NCBI GenBank assembly: GCA_047651235.1
Contig: CP178758.1
Span: forward strand, 1,680,001 to 1,712,000
DNA: 32,000 bases
Direction: 5' to 3'
Origin: Candidatus Electrothrix yaqonensis
GTDB lineage: Bacteria; Desulfobacterota; Desulfobulbia; Desulfobulbales; Desulfobulbaceae
Below the pieces are notes generated by a model that saw nothing but the letters and a program-made list of their open reading frames with translations, did not search any database and was not told the origin of the DNA. Positions 31,867 through 32,000 of the stretch are shown piece by piece (position 1 is the first letter of the stretch; every line of letters starts with the position of its first letter). The translations under genes were made by a program, and so were the position numbers.

Positions 31867-32000
31867 TCAGCGAACAGCTTTTTTGAGATTCACCCCGATT
31901 GCTCCTGTAAAATCTGCCGAATCAACCAGCGCCCCGTCCAATCGCGCCTCGGTAAGGTCTGCTCCGGTAAAATCGGCAAGATATAAATCAGCCTTGCGCA
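31867..32000 (-). CDS. pentapeptide-repeat protein, C-terminal 43 codons (gene enters from the right edge)
   Basis: Hand translation gives RKADLYLADFTGADLTEARLDGALVDSADFTGAIGVNLKKAVR*, with A(D/N)LxX periodicity. The stop is at 31869-31867. Confidence 0.6.
   Translation of the reverse strand, partial: RKADLYLADFTGADLTEARLDGALVDSADFTGAIGVNLKKAVR

Noticed and set aside
1-32000. Search by eye for CRISPR arrays, tRNA/rRNA/tmRNA genes, integrases and reverse transcriptases.
   Set aside because: No regularly spaced direct repeats, no cloverleaf-like or rRNA-like segments, and no tyrosine/serine recombinase or RT motifs were recognised. A computational scan (tRNAscan, Infernal, CRISPR finders) would be needed to be certain.

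Overview
This is a mid-GC bacterial chromosomal segment. All family assignments come from hand translation and remembered motifs; no search was run. The protein sequences and a CxxU selenoprotein suggest a Desulfobacterota-type anaerobe, but that is inference only.

**Backbone genes:** yqgE/algH-like, copA plus a copZ-like chaperone, a 3-beta-HSD/epimerase, mutY, gatC, a eukaryote-type hisA, a RecA-like P-loop ATPase, a stand-alone EF-G, a TRASH/YHS protein, transaldolase, a lytic transglycosylase, pgsA, trpE-trpG, rpsT and a pentapeptide-repeat protein.

**Accessory patch 1 (1-4.0 kb):**
- Two Rpn/PDDEXK_2 nuclease copies, one intact and one a 5' remnant.
- An AT-rich gene for a SAP-motif protein.
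- A DUF4258-like/DUF2283 pair.
- A phd-vapC module whose toxin is split by a 132-bp MITE.

**Accessory patch 2 (12.85-16.1 kb):** an IS graveyard.
- A self-nested IS701-like element with 252-bp inverted arms.
- ISAs1-like, IS4-like and IS630-like fragments.
- Two copies of a 103-bp TA-targeting MITE.
- A TPR gene stump.

**Accessory patch 3 (23.9-29.0 kb):** this lies directly downstream of trpEG and is the best candidate for an undescribed system. It is a tightly packed three-gene minus-strand cassette:
- an AT-rich GHKL ATPase fused to a PD-(D/E)xK, Shedu-like nuclease module;
- an ABC-type (AAA_15/21-like) ATPase;
- a DUF4435/Toprim protein.

The last two form a PARIS-like pair, so the cassette is a PARIS-like core with an extra partner. 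It is bracketed by an intact and a decayed Rpn-family nuclease gene.

**Also notable:** a SelW/Rdx-like selenoprotein gene with an in-frame UGA that the ORF track misses, and a recent copZ/copA N-terminal-plus-leader duplication with an apparent copZ frameshift.

No rRNA, tRNA or CRISPR array was recognised.
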